From Octopus sinensis (taxonomy: Eukaryota), in assembly GCF_006345805.1 (NCBI RefSeq), contig NC_042999.1, forward strand, positions 54,374,001 through 54,438,000: a DNA stretch of 64,000 nt, in the 5' to 3' direction. Under the pieces are notes generated by a model. That model was not told where the DNA came from and made no database searches. It was given only the letters and a program-made list of their open reading frames with translations. Below, piece after piece: positions 38,886-51,276 of this stretch. Each line of letters begins with the position of its first letter. Positions within the stretch are counted from its first letter, which is position 1. The position numbers were made by a program, and so were the translations under genes.

Positions 38886-40419
38886 TTTAAAGTTACGTCT
38901 AAAGGCGCACATACATACATACATACATACATACATACATACATACATACATACATACATACATACATACATGTATGCATCTAGAAGATTCTAGATGTTC
39001 CTGCTTCAAATGTTATTCTAGAGAAGACAGGAAAAACATGATGTCTGTAAAATGCTTTCACATCTTGAAACCTCTCTCTACAAACTCTTATATCAGGAAT
39101 TTAGAGATCAGCAGGTCATGTTCATAATTATGTAACTGTCGTCTGAAAAGGCTTCGATACTTAAAGAACATTTCCCTTGGGATCTTTAATGAATGCCTAG
39201 TTTGCACGTCTTCCATCTGTACCAAACCGGTCATCTGGAAACAGTTAAAGCCACGATGGAACAACAGTCTAAAATTTGCTGATACCAAAACGTAAAACAA
39301 CATTGAACTCCAGGATATAAAGCAAAAACAACAAACCCTAAAAGTAAAAAAACAGTGAGCAGTGTAGGAAGCGCTGCAGTATGAGCTTAATATGATTGTA
39401 ACCAACGCAAAAAGCGACTATCTAAACACAGTGTTTGTTAATGATGTGAGCCGTGATGGCTAAAACGTCCAAATATATGATAATTATTTGAATGTCTTGT
39501 TAGAGAGAACAGTAAGAATGTAAAGTACAGACGCTATAGTCACATCGTATCGTATGTGACAATTTACCTGGAAGGAATATGAATTAGGAAGTAGTCGTAA
39601 ATGATTCTTTAATATTCAAGTGAGGCGAGAGGAAATTTAAAATTGTAGAATGTAGGTAGGGTGTTCGAAAATGTAAAGTTTGGTTATTGTGAGAAATAGA
39701 GATTGTAATTTTGGTAAAGGGTAAGACAGTCTTTGTAAAATCATGGAAAAGGCATAGAACTCCGTGAGGTATGAAGGTCTTGTGCGGAGGAGAACTGATA
39801 CAAATGGAATGAACATTTTAATGGGGAAAAGTTTTATTCAGATAAGAGAGAGGAATAAATTTTGGTAGATGAAATAATGGAGTCATATCATTGTTGGCGT
39901 GTGGTTTAATGTAAGTTTTAATTTTATATCAATTAGCTAAATAAATAATCAAATAAATGCAGCGACTGTTATAAATGTTGTTGCAGTTGTTTATCGTTAG
40001 ATCAGTTCTGATTGAGCGGGTCTATAATCAGAGGCAATCTATCCGTGACCAACTCGCCTTTTTTATATGATTATACGCTGTCTAATATGTCTTCCAACTT
40101 TTTTAAACATTGGCCGCCATTTCTTGCCAGCTGAGCCACCACCTAACGACTGATTTAAAAGTGGTCATCGTTGTTGAACAACAGACCCATCCTCTGCCAT
40201 GGGGCCTATGACCAGAGGCATTTCAGTTATGCTTATGCTCCGTCTTCCTTTCAGATATACGTGTACCTAAGACTATATTATTCAATGGGAAATTCTTTTA
40301 TGACATTAGCGAATAATTTTTATAATACTCCACATTTGCATATATTCATAGGTTCAAGATAATGAAGCCGAATAGAAGAAATACTTATAAAAACATAGTC
40401 CACAACCTTTACTTCCGCA

Positions 40420-41000
40420 AAAGATGAAAGTTAAACTTTCCAAATAGCAATCAAATAGCCTCAAGGAAAATTAACTCCAAGTGAGAAATCAGCTGACCAA
40501 CTACAATTTCTCTCCATGAATATTCTTTTGTGAACCTTAAAGCACAAGTTAAACAACTTTCTATGTTTAAAATTCCATGATCTAAAACTGACACATCTAA
40601 TCTTATTGTTCTACATGATTAACTGAACTCTGAACAATAGCCTATACCTTCCAAAACGAACAAGATAAATCTCTTAAAAAACACCACCAACAAGCAAACA
40701 AATCTATTGACCAACTAAACCTTCCACCTCTTTACATTCTTTTGTGAATCTTTAAAAGATTCATGACATAAAGCTGATGTACCTAAATACACGCACTTAA
40801 ATTTAAAGTTTCAAATTTCCAAAACAAACATTGAACACTTCCATTTGTGTTCAAATGAAATCAACAACAACGGAAACTAGTGAGACATCTGCTGACCAAC
40901 TAACCCTTTCACCTACCTACGTTTAGTTGTGAACTTCTAAAAACAATCCCCAGACCTGAAGCTGACACACCTATATAGACACGGTTGATTACAAAGATCT
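40420..41000. repeat. Three diverged tandem units with a period of about 200 bp
   Basis: (C/T)TGACCAACTA at 40493, 40707 and 40892, each followed by TTGTGAA and AA(G/A)CTGA..CACC/TCT motifs. Confidence 0.6.
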
Positions 41001-42532
41001 TCGTGAAAGAACAATAAAATAATAACTCAATCAGTAAAGATCTTCTATGATATCTTTTCCATCAGAACCTACCTTACAACCTAATTATTATTCAACAGAG
41101 TTCCAATTATTTCAGAAAAATTAAACTTACCAGTGACTATAGTAATTAATTACAAGGTTATGTAGCTCGGAGTCTCTCTCATTGATAACACTTCCAGTCT
41201 AATCTAAAATGAGTTTACACAGAGTTAACAATAGCAGAAAAGACACCTTAAGAGGTCCTTGCTAATGTAGTTGTTTTAATCATCTGACAACCCTCATCAA
41301 GTAATCGTACGATGAAAGGCATTCCAGCCGTAACCATCCTCATGGATTTATAAGTCACATAAAATATATGTATAGCACAGGAAACAAATTACTATTATGC
41401 ATCGCTGTTGTTTTTATTACTGTTATTGAGGTGTCTCGCCCTACGTCAGATCAACGACCAAAAGCATTTCACCTGTAACCATACCTTTTCAGCGTAGCCT
41501 TTTTTTTTATTAAGGTAGTCAAGTGTGATTTCAGACATATTTAGCCGCTGTTTCTAGAAGGTCAAACGACTGCATGGCACTCCCCTCTATGCGTAATACT
41601 GATCGGTGTGAGACGAGAGATATATCGTGTATTTGCGTAATTTCACACATAGTCGAAATTACACAAACATTTCTGTGGATACACACACACATATATATAT
41701 ATATATATACGTGAATATTGCAAACAGGAGAAATATATAAAATAGATATATACAAATAAATGTAAAAAATATGTATAATACTATACAAAAATCGTATTAA
41801 CATACATATAAATATATACACAAACAGAGTATAAAAAATGTGTATAATGATATACACAAAAGTAAAAAAATATATATATAATGATACGCACAAAATCTAT
41901 ATATTAATGTAGAATGATATACACAAAAATATAAAAATATATACAAAGATACGCACAAATTTTAATGTATATGAGTGTTAGGTGTGTTTGTGTGTATATG
42001 TGTAACTCTGTATATGTGTATGTGCGTATATAATCCGATTTAAGTGAGCCTAGATTTTTTTTTTTATAACAGATAAGTGGAAAACTGTATACATACACGC
42101 AACAAGTGCTTTTAATTAAAATTACCAAAGTCGGAATATGTGGTTTGGAAAAAGAATCAAGAAAGAGAATGAAGTGATAAGAGCACAGTGTGTTTGTTAA
42201 GGATCTGAATAGAAGTTGTGTCTCGGTTTTGTGTTTAAACAGTTGACAATAATTAGAGAGAGAGACACATGGTTACTTCCTGCTTCTGTAATGGTATTGT
42301 GCAGGGCGGCCATAACAGGCATACAGATAAAGATACACACAGATACACACACACGCGCAGACACTCACACACGTGGAGACATACTCTGGTACATGTTTAT
42401 ATATATATTATATATATATATATATAAGACAGACAGATAGATAGATAGATAGATAGATAGATGAGATAGATAGATTAGATAGATAGATAGATAGATGAAT
42501 TGATGGATGATGGATGGATGGATGGATGGATG

Positions 42533-42564
<32 letters not shown>

Positions 42565-42606
42565 TATAGATAGATAGATAGATGGATGATGGATGGATGG
42601 ATAGAT

Positions 42607-42646
<40 letters not shown>

Positions 42647-43147
42647 CTTCTATATATACATATGCATATAAGAATTTATGTGTGTGTATGTGCGTGTGTG
42701 TGTTGTATGTATGTATGTATGTATGTATGTATGTATGTATGTATGTATGTATGTACGTACGTGCGTGCGTGCGTACGTACGTATGTATGTATGTATGTAT
42801 GTATGTATGTATGTAGTATGTATGTATGTATGCATAAACAGTTGCTAACACTTTCAAAAAATATTTGGAAGCGGAAGTATTTCGGATTACGGATTTTGTT
42901 CGGATTCCAAAATGATTTCATCCAGGTTGGGGATGAAATCTAAGTCCAAACACATGTCTACTGCGAAGATAGTTTCATATAAATTTGGCACTTCTCCATT
43001 TTCGGACGACATGAAACAGAGTTGCACTTTGGAAACGTTTTCCAACAAACTACACTCGCCATTTAACCCTTTCACATCAGCTTGTCAACTTCTTTACAAC
43101 TGATATATGCGCCTTTTACTTTTTACTCTTTAATCTTATGCCTATTT

Positions 43148-43490
43148 GCAATAGGCGCAGGAATGGTTGTGTGGTAACTTTGCTTACGAACCACATGGTG
43201 CCGGGTTCAGTTCCTCTGCGTGGCACATTGGGCAACTGTCTTCTATTATAGCCTCGGGCTGACCAAAGCCTTAGTGGATTTAGTAGACTGAAACTGAAAG
43301 AAGCCCATTGTGTGTGTGTGTGTGTGAGTCTGTGTTTGTCTGTCCCTGTCTATTTGTCCTCCAAACAGACCGGTAGAATAAGGAGTAGGCTTAAAAACAA
43401 TAAGTACTGGGATTGATTCATTCGACCAAAATTTCCTCAAGGCGGTGCCCCAGCATGGTCGCAGTCTAATGACTAAGAAAAGTAAAAGAT
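43148..43490 (+). mobile_element. SINE family B
   Basis: ATAGGCGCAGGAATGG..GGCACATTGGGCAA..GGCGGTGCCCCAGCATGG..GACTAA tail. Confidence 0.85.
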
Positions 43491-43522
43491 AGAAGGCAAA
43501 ATGTAATATTATTTCTTTAAAT

Positions 43523-44123
43523 AGAAGGGATTTAAAAGCATGGCGACGGATAATGTACCATTCTTTAAATAAAATGCAGGTGGTTTTTAAACTATTTAAA
43601 CCTGTTCAACACCAAGATGGAGAAAAAAGCATGCATGAACGCACAGACTAAGATTACCCGCCCTTCCCTTCCATTGATCAGTTGAAGTTTAGACACGTGA
43701 CAACTAGCTGGTGCTGGCTGCTGGAGCATACCAGCGAGTATTTAAAGGAAAATTTGGCAGGATGGTCAGTCACCCGCTGACACACGTTGACGCTGCATCG
43801 AAGAGGCCAGGGAACTGTATAAAGAGGAAGAAGAAATGTACTCAACACCAGAGCTGAAGACTCCTCCGAAAGGTGGGGAACGATGTGATGATCCGAAAGA
43901 TGTGATGATCTGACAAGTACATGTACACCTATCCCAGAAAAAAAAAAATGAAACAGTTATAGGTCTTTAGGATGGCCGAGTTGGTTCATCTGGTCCGGAA
44001 AATAATCAACCACAGCCTCTGCAAATGATGGAGGCCATCGCCCAAGCAACTCGAGGTATAAATGTTTATGTAAGAAAGAGAAAAAGGAAATTATTTCCGT
44101 TCAGACCCGCAAGAACCGTGTGA
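43523..44123 (+). pseudogene. Degraded coding-like island of unknown origin (possibly viral or Polinton-like)
   Basis: Long frames with few stops: DLKAWRRIMYHSLNKMQVVFKLF..YPPFPSIDQLKF..WCWLLEH, then IEEARELYKEEEEMYSTPELKTPPK..RKRKRKLFPFRPARTV*. Confidence 0.3.
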
Positions 44124-45181
44124 TCAAGAGACACACAACAACATATGAGATTAGAGTCCAACTAATTACGTAGAAGAGTAGAGGTGTTTGGACACCTTAC
44201 ATAAAAGGGTAGAGGAGTCGAGTGTCTCACTTAGTAAAAGAATACCTTACTGTTTTATGTATAAAACACTTTAGAAGAGAAAAGAGAAATGTTGTTAAAC
44301 TAAGATAGTAGGGGGGCGGGCAAAAACCTAGTGACCTTACATAGAAGGAAAAAATGCACATACCTTATGGAAAGAGTGAGGTAAGTGTTGTTATTAAGAC
44401 ACAGAAATTAGAGGGTTGTTGCTTACCTAACGTCACAAACTGAATTCTGGGAACCAAACTAAACTTAAATGACATTTTTCTTGCAAAGTATGTCCCTGTC
44501 TGAAACATCTGAACACTCCCTGTGTCACACACACGTTTATTTACGATACAAATTTCATTGAGTGTTTTTTGCCGCTTTTGTTATTTATTTTTCTAGTTTT
44601 TTGTTATTTCTCTTCGAAATTATACATTCTTTTTGGGTGAAAGTCAGGACAAAATAGTTCGTGTGGTCTCCTTTCATATCAAGCATGACCACGTCATATT
44701 TAGATAAGAACTAAACTTCAAATAAAAAGTATTTGTTTCTGTTATGTTTTGGAATGTTTTCCGAATTGAGGTGATGTCCTATGTCTGTGGTCGCCATCAA
44801 CCACTGCTCCTTACATTTTATGGTCGGCAGAACTACATCGAGAAGTAATCAAAGTGTTTAAATAATATCAATATTGGAAGTAAGACATTGCCAATTCCTA
44901 CCATCTGCTTTTTACATTTCCTTTCTTTTCTAAAATGCTTCTTTTTCTGGTAACAGTTGTTTGTGATGTTGCTTTTAACAGAAAAAAAACAAAACAAAAA
45001 GCCCACAAAACAGACGATTATTGAAAATAAAGAAAATATAAATATAAATGTATGTATCTTTCCTCCCTTCTACTCCTTTATTTAGTTCTGTCTATCTAAA
45101 TACATACACACACACTCAAAACATGCACTTATATATGTGTGTGTATTTGAGCGTACGTGCAAATATGTATGCGTGTATGCA

Positions 45182-45229
<48 letters not shown>

Positions 45230-45292
45230 TGTGTGTGTACACAGTATGTTTGTTTTGTCTGTAACCTACCCAGCCCTTTTTCCCTGCTATAG

Positions 45293-45419
45293 TTTGCTAA
45301 GTCAGAAGGTGTTAAAACTGTCACAGACATTCGATTCAGCGTCATGGCGGTTACGAGGTGTGAGATCAGGCAAGAAAATTCTATATTGCCAGACAAACAA
45401 AGACGCCGAGTTTATTCTT
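45293..45419 (+). other. Candidate spliced exon, product unrecognised
   Basis: Acceptor CCCTTTTTCCCTGCTATAG, donor GTAACG; two frames are open (FAKSEGVKTVTDIRFSVMAV.. and LLSQKVLKLSQTF..). Confidence 0.25.
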
Positions 45420-45425
45420 GTAACG

Positions 45426-45466
<41 letters not shown>

Positions 45467-45616
45467 AAAAACATGCGACATATACGCATGCGTGAATTGT
45501 GTTCATAAACGGATAGTTCATAACCGCATATTCACTCGTAAAGAAATTACTCCCCATTCACTCTACCACCCATGCTCTTTCTCTCTAGCTCTCTCCCTCT
45601 CTCACTCTCTCTCATT

Positions 45617-45663
<47 letters not shown>

Positions 45664-45873
45664 ACATATTCTTTTATACTTTTACTTCTTTCAGGCATTT
45701 GACTGTGGCCATGCTGGAGCACCACCTTTAGTTGAACGAATCAACCCCAGGACTTATTCTTTGTAAGCCTGGTACTTATTCTATTGGTTGCTTTTGCCGA
45801 ATAGTTAAGTTGCGGGCACGTAAGTACACCAACATATGTTGTCAAGCGATGGTGGGGTGACAAACACAGACAC

Positions 45874-45911
<38 letters not shown>

Positions 45912-46020
45912 TATATATATATAACGGGAAGCTTTATGAAAATAAACAAAAGACGAAGGCAGGTGGAAAACAAACGAACAATTGTATTAGTATGGCGCTC
46001 AGGAATATCAGGAAATAAGT

Positions 46021-46056
46021 CTTTAACGTTTCGAGCCTACGCTCTTCAACAGAAAG
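46021..46056 (-). ncRNA. Type-I hammerhead motif, variant core CUGUUGA
   Basis: Minus strand: cttt-CTGTTGA-A-GAGC-gtag-GCTC-GAAAC-GTT-aaag. Confidence 0.7.
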
Positions 46057-46931
46057 ATACACAGAGAGAGAAAAACACAGAAAGAAGGAGAGAAAAAAAA
46101 TGCGTGCAGTAGCTAACGAATCAACATGGCGATCTGATTTCGGCCAGAGGTCAAAGATCAAACATGAGATGCGAGAGCGAAATAAGGGGAGATAATAGGG
46201 TTGATAAATGGGTTGAGGGACCAGCTAAAAGTGCGTGGGAGGGGTCTGGATGTGTGTATGTATAGGGTTGGTGTATGTATTAGTATGTATAAGGGTGTGT
46301 GTGTGTGTGTGTGTGTGTGTATGAGAGAGTATTAGTGCGTAAGATTGGTCTGGACATGCGTATGTATGGGGTTGGTGTATGTATTAGTATGTATTAGTAT
46401 GTATTAGTACGTATTGGTATGTATAGGTATGTGTGTGTGTGTGTGAGAGAGTATAAGTGCGTATGCGGGGTCTGGACGTGTGTATGTATAGGGTTGGTGT
46501 AAGTATTAGTATGTACTAGTATGTATTAGTACGTATTAGTATGTATTAGTTGGTGTGTGTATTAGTATGGCACATCATATGTGATGTGATGTGTAAAGTC
46601 ATGTGGTGTAGTGAGGAGAAGAGGGGGAGGGGGAGAAGAGGGGGGAGAAGAGGGGGAGGGGGGAAGAGGGGGGAGAAGAGGGGGAGAGAAGGGGAGGGAA
46701 GAAGAGGGGGAGGAGAAGAGGGAAGAGGAGAGGAAGGGGGAGAAGGAAGGGGAGGAGGGGGATGAAGGAGGAAAGAGGAGAGGGGGGAGAGAGGGAGTGA
46801 GGGAGCAGAGGAAGGGGAAGAGGGAGGGAGAAGAGGGAAGAAGGGAAGGCGAGTAGGGGTGAAAGGATGAAGGACTGAAGAAGTAGGGGTGGGGGGGGAG
46901 AAAGGATAGGTGAGGAGGTGGGAGAGGGGGG

Positions 46932-47571
46932 TTAGATGAGGAGGGGGGGAGAGTTGAGACCAAATGGCGTATAAGAGCGAAGAGAGAAGATTAATTCCTG
47001 TTCACGGCGCAAACGGGAATCCGGATGGCCTCTGTGTAAGGACAAACCGAACACAGATAGGTGTTGCAAGGAGTGACCGGTGGAGCGGAAATGGCGTGAG
47101 ACCGGTGTGTCGTTCGCAAGGTGGATGTCACGAAGGTGTTCCGCGAACCGGTCAGCCAAGCGGCGTCCCGTTTGTCCGATGTACACGGAATTGCAGAGAG
47201 AGCAAGAGATGCAATAGATAATATTGCTGGAGGTGCAGGTGAAGGAGTGGATGATGGGATAGGGTCGATGGTGGGTGCTAGTGAGGCGGGTGGTGTTGGA
47301 GAGGTAAGGGCAAGTGCGGCAACGTGGGCGGGAGCAGGGGAACGAGCCGGGTTGGGAGGTAGGGTCAGGGAAGGAGCTATGTACCAAAAGGTCTCGAAGG
47401 TTGTGGGCTCGTTTGAAAGAGGGGAGGGGTCGGTTAGGGAAGAGGTGTGAAGTGGACGGGTCGGACTGGAGATGACGGAAAGCTCGAAGAATGGTGCGTT
47501 GGAGACGTAGGGTCGTGGGGTGGTAAGTGAGGGGAAAAGGGAGGCGGGAGACTACAGGGCGGGTTCGGGGA
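46932..47571 (-). CDS. PLE GIY-YIG endonuclease plus linker (5'-truncated, uninterrupted frame)
   Basis: PLTYHP..CSRPRCRTC..NIIYCISCSLCNSVYIGQTGRRLADRFAEH..RLRREQELIFSLRSYTPFGLN. Confidence 0.9.
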
Positions 47572-47576
47572 ATATA

Positions 47577-47614
<38 letters not shown>

Positions 47615-47629
47615 TACACACATATATAT

Positions 47630-47881
47630 ATATACGATTCTTTCAGTTTCCTTCTTTGTTCGGCCAGAGGTTATAGAAGACATTTGCCCAAGGTTCCACA
47701 CATTGGGACTGAATCCGGAACGATGTGGTTGGGAAGCATGCTTCTTACCACACAGCCACATCTGCGCCTATATATCTGCGTGGCACCTTGGGCAAGCGTC
47801 TTCTACTATAGCCTCGGACCGACCAAAGACTTGTGAGTGGATTTGGTAGACGGAAACTGAAAGAAGCCCGGCGTATATATG

Positions 47882-47912
<31 letters not shown>

Positions 47913-48125
47913 TTGTGTGTCTGTTTGTCCTCCCAGCATCGCTTGACAACCGATGCTGGTGTGTCTACGTCCCCGTAACTTAGCGGTTCGGCAAAAGAGA
48001 ACCGATAGACTAAGTACTAGGCTTACAAAGAATGAGTCCTGGGGTCGATTTGCTCGACTAAAGGCGGTGCTCCAGGATGGCCGCAGTCAAATGACTGAAA
48101 CAAGTAAAAAAGAGAAAAAGAGAAA
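47630..48125 (+). mobile_element. SINE family B (inverted head piece at about 47630-47770, then a plus-strand copy)
   Basis: Family consensus blocks visible. Confidence 0.85.
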
Positions 48126-48164
<39 letters not shown>

Positions 48165-48230
48165 CTATTTTACTATTTTTGTTGTTTCAGTCATTTGACT
48201 GCGGCCATGCTGGAGCACCGCCGTTGATTG

Positions 48231-48263
<33 letters not shown>

Positions 48264-48571
48264 TGCATTGGTTTCTATTTTAAATATTTTCCAGTTTGTT
48301 TTGCAAAATTGAAGCCAGTCAATAATATCGAGGCAAAACTGTTTTGTTTAAATCGAGATACCTCTTGGTGTTTGAAATTATCACGGTTGCTTAATGTATG
48401 TGGCTGTATTGTGTGTACGTGTGTATGCGTATTCATATGTAAATATGATTATTTGCATAAGTTTGCCCTGAAATTCAAATAGAAGACCCTTGAGATGGTT
48501 TATAAATTTTCACTGTTCCTGTGATCGACTGTATCTGGGGATTGCGAATCGGTCTGTTTTGTTCGTTTTAG

Positions 48572-48677
48572 GAGAAGCCAAGCGTTTCTAGATTTTTATG
48601 TCGATCTGTTTTTACGGAGCGCAGTGCACCTATGAAATTAGAAACAAATGAAGAAATGAAACCCGCAAATAAGAGCT
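48572..48677 (+). other. Candidate spliced exon, product unrecognised
   Basis: Acceptor TCTGTTTTGTTCGTTTTAG, consensus donor GTAAGT; frame 0 is open (EKPSVSRF..MKLETNEEMKPANKS). Confidence 0.35.
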
Positions 48678-49169
48678 GTAAGTTTCTTATCAGTTCTCTG
48701 TTGATGTTCGTTTCTCCTATTTGGAAGAGAAATTCACATCTGCTCGGTAACTGCCTTATATTGCGAGTGAATATTCTATGTTATCGACTGGGGGACGAAA
48801 TCGGGCACGTCTTCTCAGAGGAGTGAGTGTGTGCGTGTGTGTGTGTATGTGTGTGTGTATGTGTGTGTGTGTATGTGTGTTTACTTGTACGGATGCGTGT
48901 ACTGAGGTGCGCACGTGTGTGTGTGGTTTGTGCAGGAGGATGCGGGGGGGGGGTATGTCTGAGTGACGACGAAGTGACCGAGAGAAGATCAAGCAAAATT
49001 TTTTTTTTAAATAACAGAAACAAAAAACAATAAAGTAAAACCTGCAAAAGAAAGGCAAAATTGTTGAGAGAAGACAGTCTTATGGCCATTAGAGCAACTG
49101 TGCTGCCACAGAGGCAGTTTGTTTCTGTCAACCTGTCCGTTTAGCGGTCTGTTAGCTTTTCGGTCTTTC

Positions 49170-49335
49170 TCTGACATTGCCGCCATTTTTAGAAGCGTGC
49201 TCTTGCTATTTTTCTGTGTTGTGGCTGTTACTGTTGTTGCTGATTATGTTTGTTGTTGTTGTGCTATAGTGTTGGTTGAATTATTATTGTTAAAGAGGTG
49301 AGAGAATGTGTGTGAGTGTGTGGGAGGGCGGTTTA
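49170..49335 (-). promoter_or_regulatory. Putative promoter or 5'-UTR region (YY1-like AAAATGGCGGC, GC box)
   Basis: GCCGCCATTTTT at 49179-49190 and GGGCGG at 49326-49331, within a SINE-poor stretch. Confidence 0.25.
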
Positions 49336-49692
49336 AAGGAAATAACGACAATGCGAAGAAAGAAAAAAAGAACAAACAATAATCAGACAAGGACAACATG
49401 GAGGAAATATAAGAAGAAAAAAGGAGAGCAAAGAAAAAAAAGAAAAGGAGGAATGAAGGGACACCAAAAAAAAAAAAAAGAAAGGAAAGAGATAAAGAAT
49501 GAAAAAACAAAACAAATGAAGGACTTTATGAAAGATAGAGAAGAAAGAATGAAAGCGAGATGAATAAATAACTAGACGAGAAATAAGTTATGTAGTTAAC
49601 AAAAGGAAAATACATAAGGACGAAAGACATTTTAAAGAGGTAAAAAAATGAAAGAAATCTGTAAGAAGGAGAATAAGAGAGACAATGTAGAA

Positions 49693-49728
<36 letters not shown>

Positions 49729-50729
49729 TGGGGGGGGGGGTATAAAATTTAGATGAGCGAAATAAGTTAAGCGAGTAAAGAAGATATATACTACATATGA
49801 TCTCACCCGGCGAAGTCATATCCTTAGCATAGCTAGGACCGATCCGAAAGATGGGATTTTCTCTTCAGGTCAAAAAATATCTCGGCCGCTAAAAGGGTCC
49901 ATTGAGGTCCACAATGGAAGACCTACTGCATCTGGGACGGAGTAGCTGCTATAAACAAAGAAAGGAATAATCGGTTGATTGCTACTCCGTCGCTAACAAA
50001 CACATCCAACCCTTTCTCCACAAACAGGCTGTGTCCTCTTTTTGTCTTTTCTACCAGAACTATAATAATAACCTTCTGTTCGTCGGAATTGATAAACGTC
50101 ACAAATCCACCATTCAGGGACAGAGGTCTCATTTGTCTCTCCACGCCTCGTCACCTTTGACGCATTCATCCCCCACCCCGGAATCGGACTATAACGGTTT
50201 CTGTAATTTTGAGGGGAGGAGAGTGTATGACACTATAGTACCCAGTACTTATTTTATCGACTAAGGAGGGATAAAAGACAGAAACTGACCTTGGCAGGAT
50301 TTGAACTCAGAATCTGAAGAACAGAAACGAATGACACGAAGCAATTTTTCCGACGCTCTCATGATCCTGCCATCTCGTCAGCCCTTCATCAGGCTATCAT
50401 AATGAATGAAGGCAGACGATAATAAAAATATTAACGAACAAAAGTAGCCAATAGAAACAACTTAAACATTTTTATTTTCTTAAGGTCTACCAGTGAGTGT
50501 AGACCTTAAGATTAGATTAGCTATTAATATGAGATATATAGTTACTGGGCAATTATCGTAATCTTCTTGTGAAAGATTATATACTTTTATCTTGCCATAG
50601 ATTTATATATTATATACTAATTTAGTTTATGCTGACACTGACTTACGAGATTAAAACAGCAGAAATTAAAGTTAATAGAAAGTAAAAATTTAATCTTGTA
50701 TAATGTTGTTTGTTTGTTCCTTCTCGAAC

Positions 50730-51000
50730 CATGCCTGTCTCTTAACGGCCGGTGTCCCGATTTCATTGGCGTATAGGTTCCCCACCTGGAGCGGACGCCG
50801 GTCCGTCACAGGTGAGCTGCTAGATGCAGGAGGAAAGAGTGAGAGAAAGATGTGGCGAAAGAGTCAGCAGAAGTTCGCCATTGCCGTCTACCGGAGCCGC
50901 GTTGAGCTTAGGTGTTTCGCTCATAAACACTCGCATTGCCCGGTCTGAGATTCGAATCCGCGATCCCTCGACCGCTACTCTAACCACTAGGCCATTGAAA
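50730..51000 (-). mobile_element. tRNA-headed SINE related to 52462-52849
   Basis: Minus head ATGGCCTAGTGGTTAGAGTAGCGG..GGATCGCGGATTCGAATC. Confidence 0.7.
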
Positions 51001-51045
51001 TTTTTAAAATATCTGATGAATACGAAATACGAATACGAAATACCA

Positions 51046-51276
51046 TTAACCCATTAAGTTCCAGATACTTAAATTTCTGAATATTACTTTAAAATTTTTA
51101 CAGATGATTGAAAATAGGTTTAAATGAAAAAAATTATTATTAAAACTCCTTTACTTCAAGTAGAAATGGAAATACTCGGTCTCCTATAAATAGGACACTG
51201 AGACAATGTGATATAGCTTATTTAATGTTGTCATTTAGTGTCCTATTTATAGGACAGTGGGACTTAAAGGATTAAG
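51046..51276. mobile_element. Probable piggyBac-type MITE
   Basis: TTAA-CCC..GGG(A)-TTAA ends, imperfect TIRs (CCC.TTAAGT.CCA) and internal palindromes TCCTATAAATAGGA and TCCTATTTATAGGA. Confidence 0.5.

Larger units (their letters stand above)
45921..47571 (-). mobile_element. Young 5'-truncated Neptune-type Penelope-like element: GIY-YIG ORF, purine/pyrimidine-skewed 3' region, terminal repeat with HHR
   Basis: ORF is contiguous with a terminal repeat shared with the copies at 17810, 20231 and 56474. Confidence 0.85.

Noticed and set aside
40420-41960. Repeat-spacer-like periodicity suggesting a CRISPR-like array
   Set aside because: Eukaryotic context, long diverged units and no identical short direct repeats.
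51012-51040. CTGATGA..GAAA close together (also CTGAAGA..GAAA at about 43855 and 50315)
   Set aside because: No pairing stem II or stem I, so these are chance matches.
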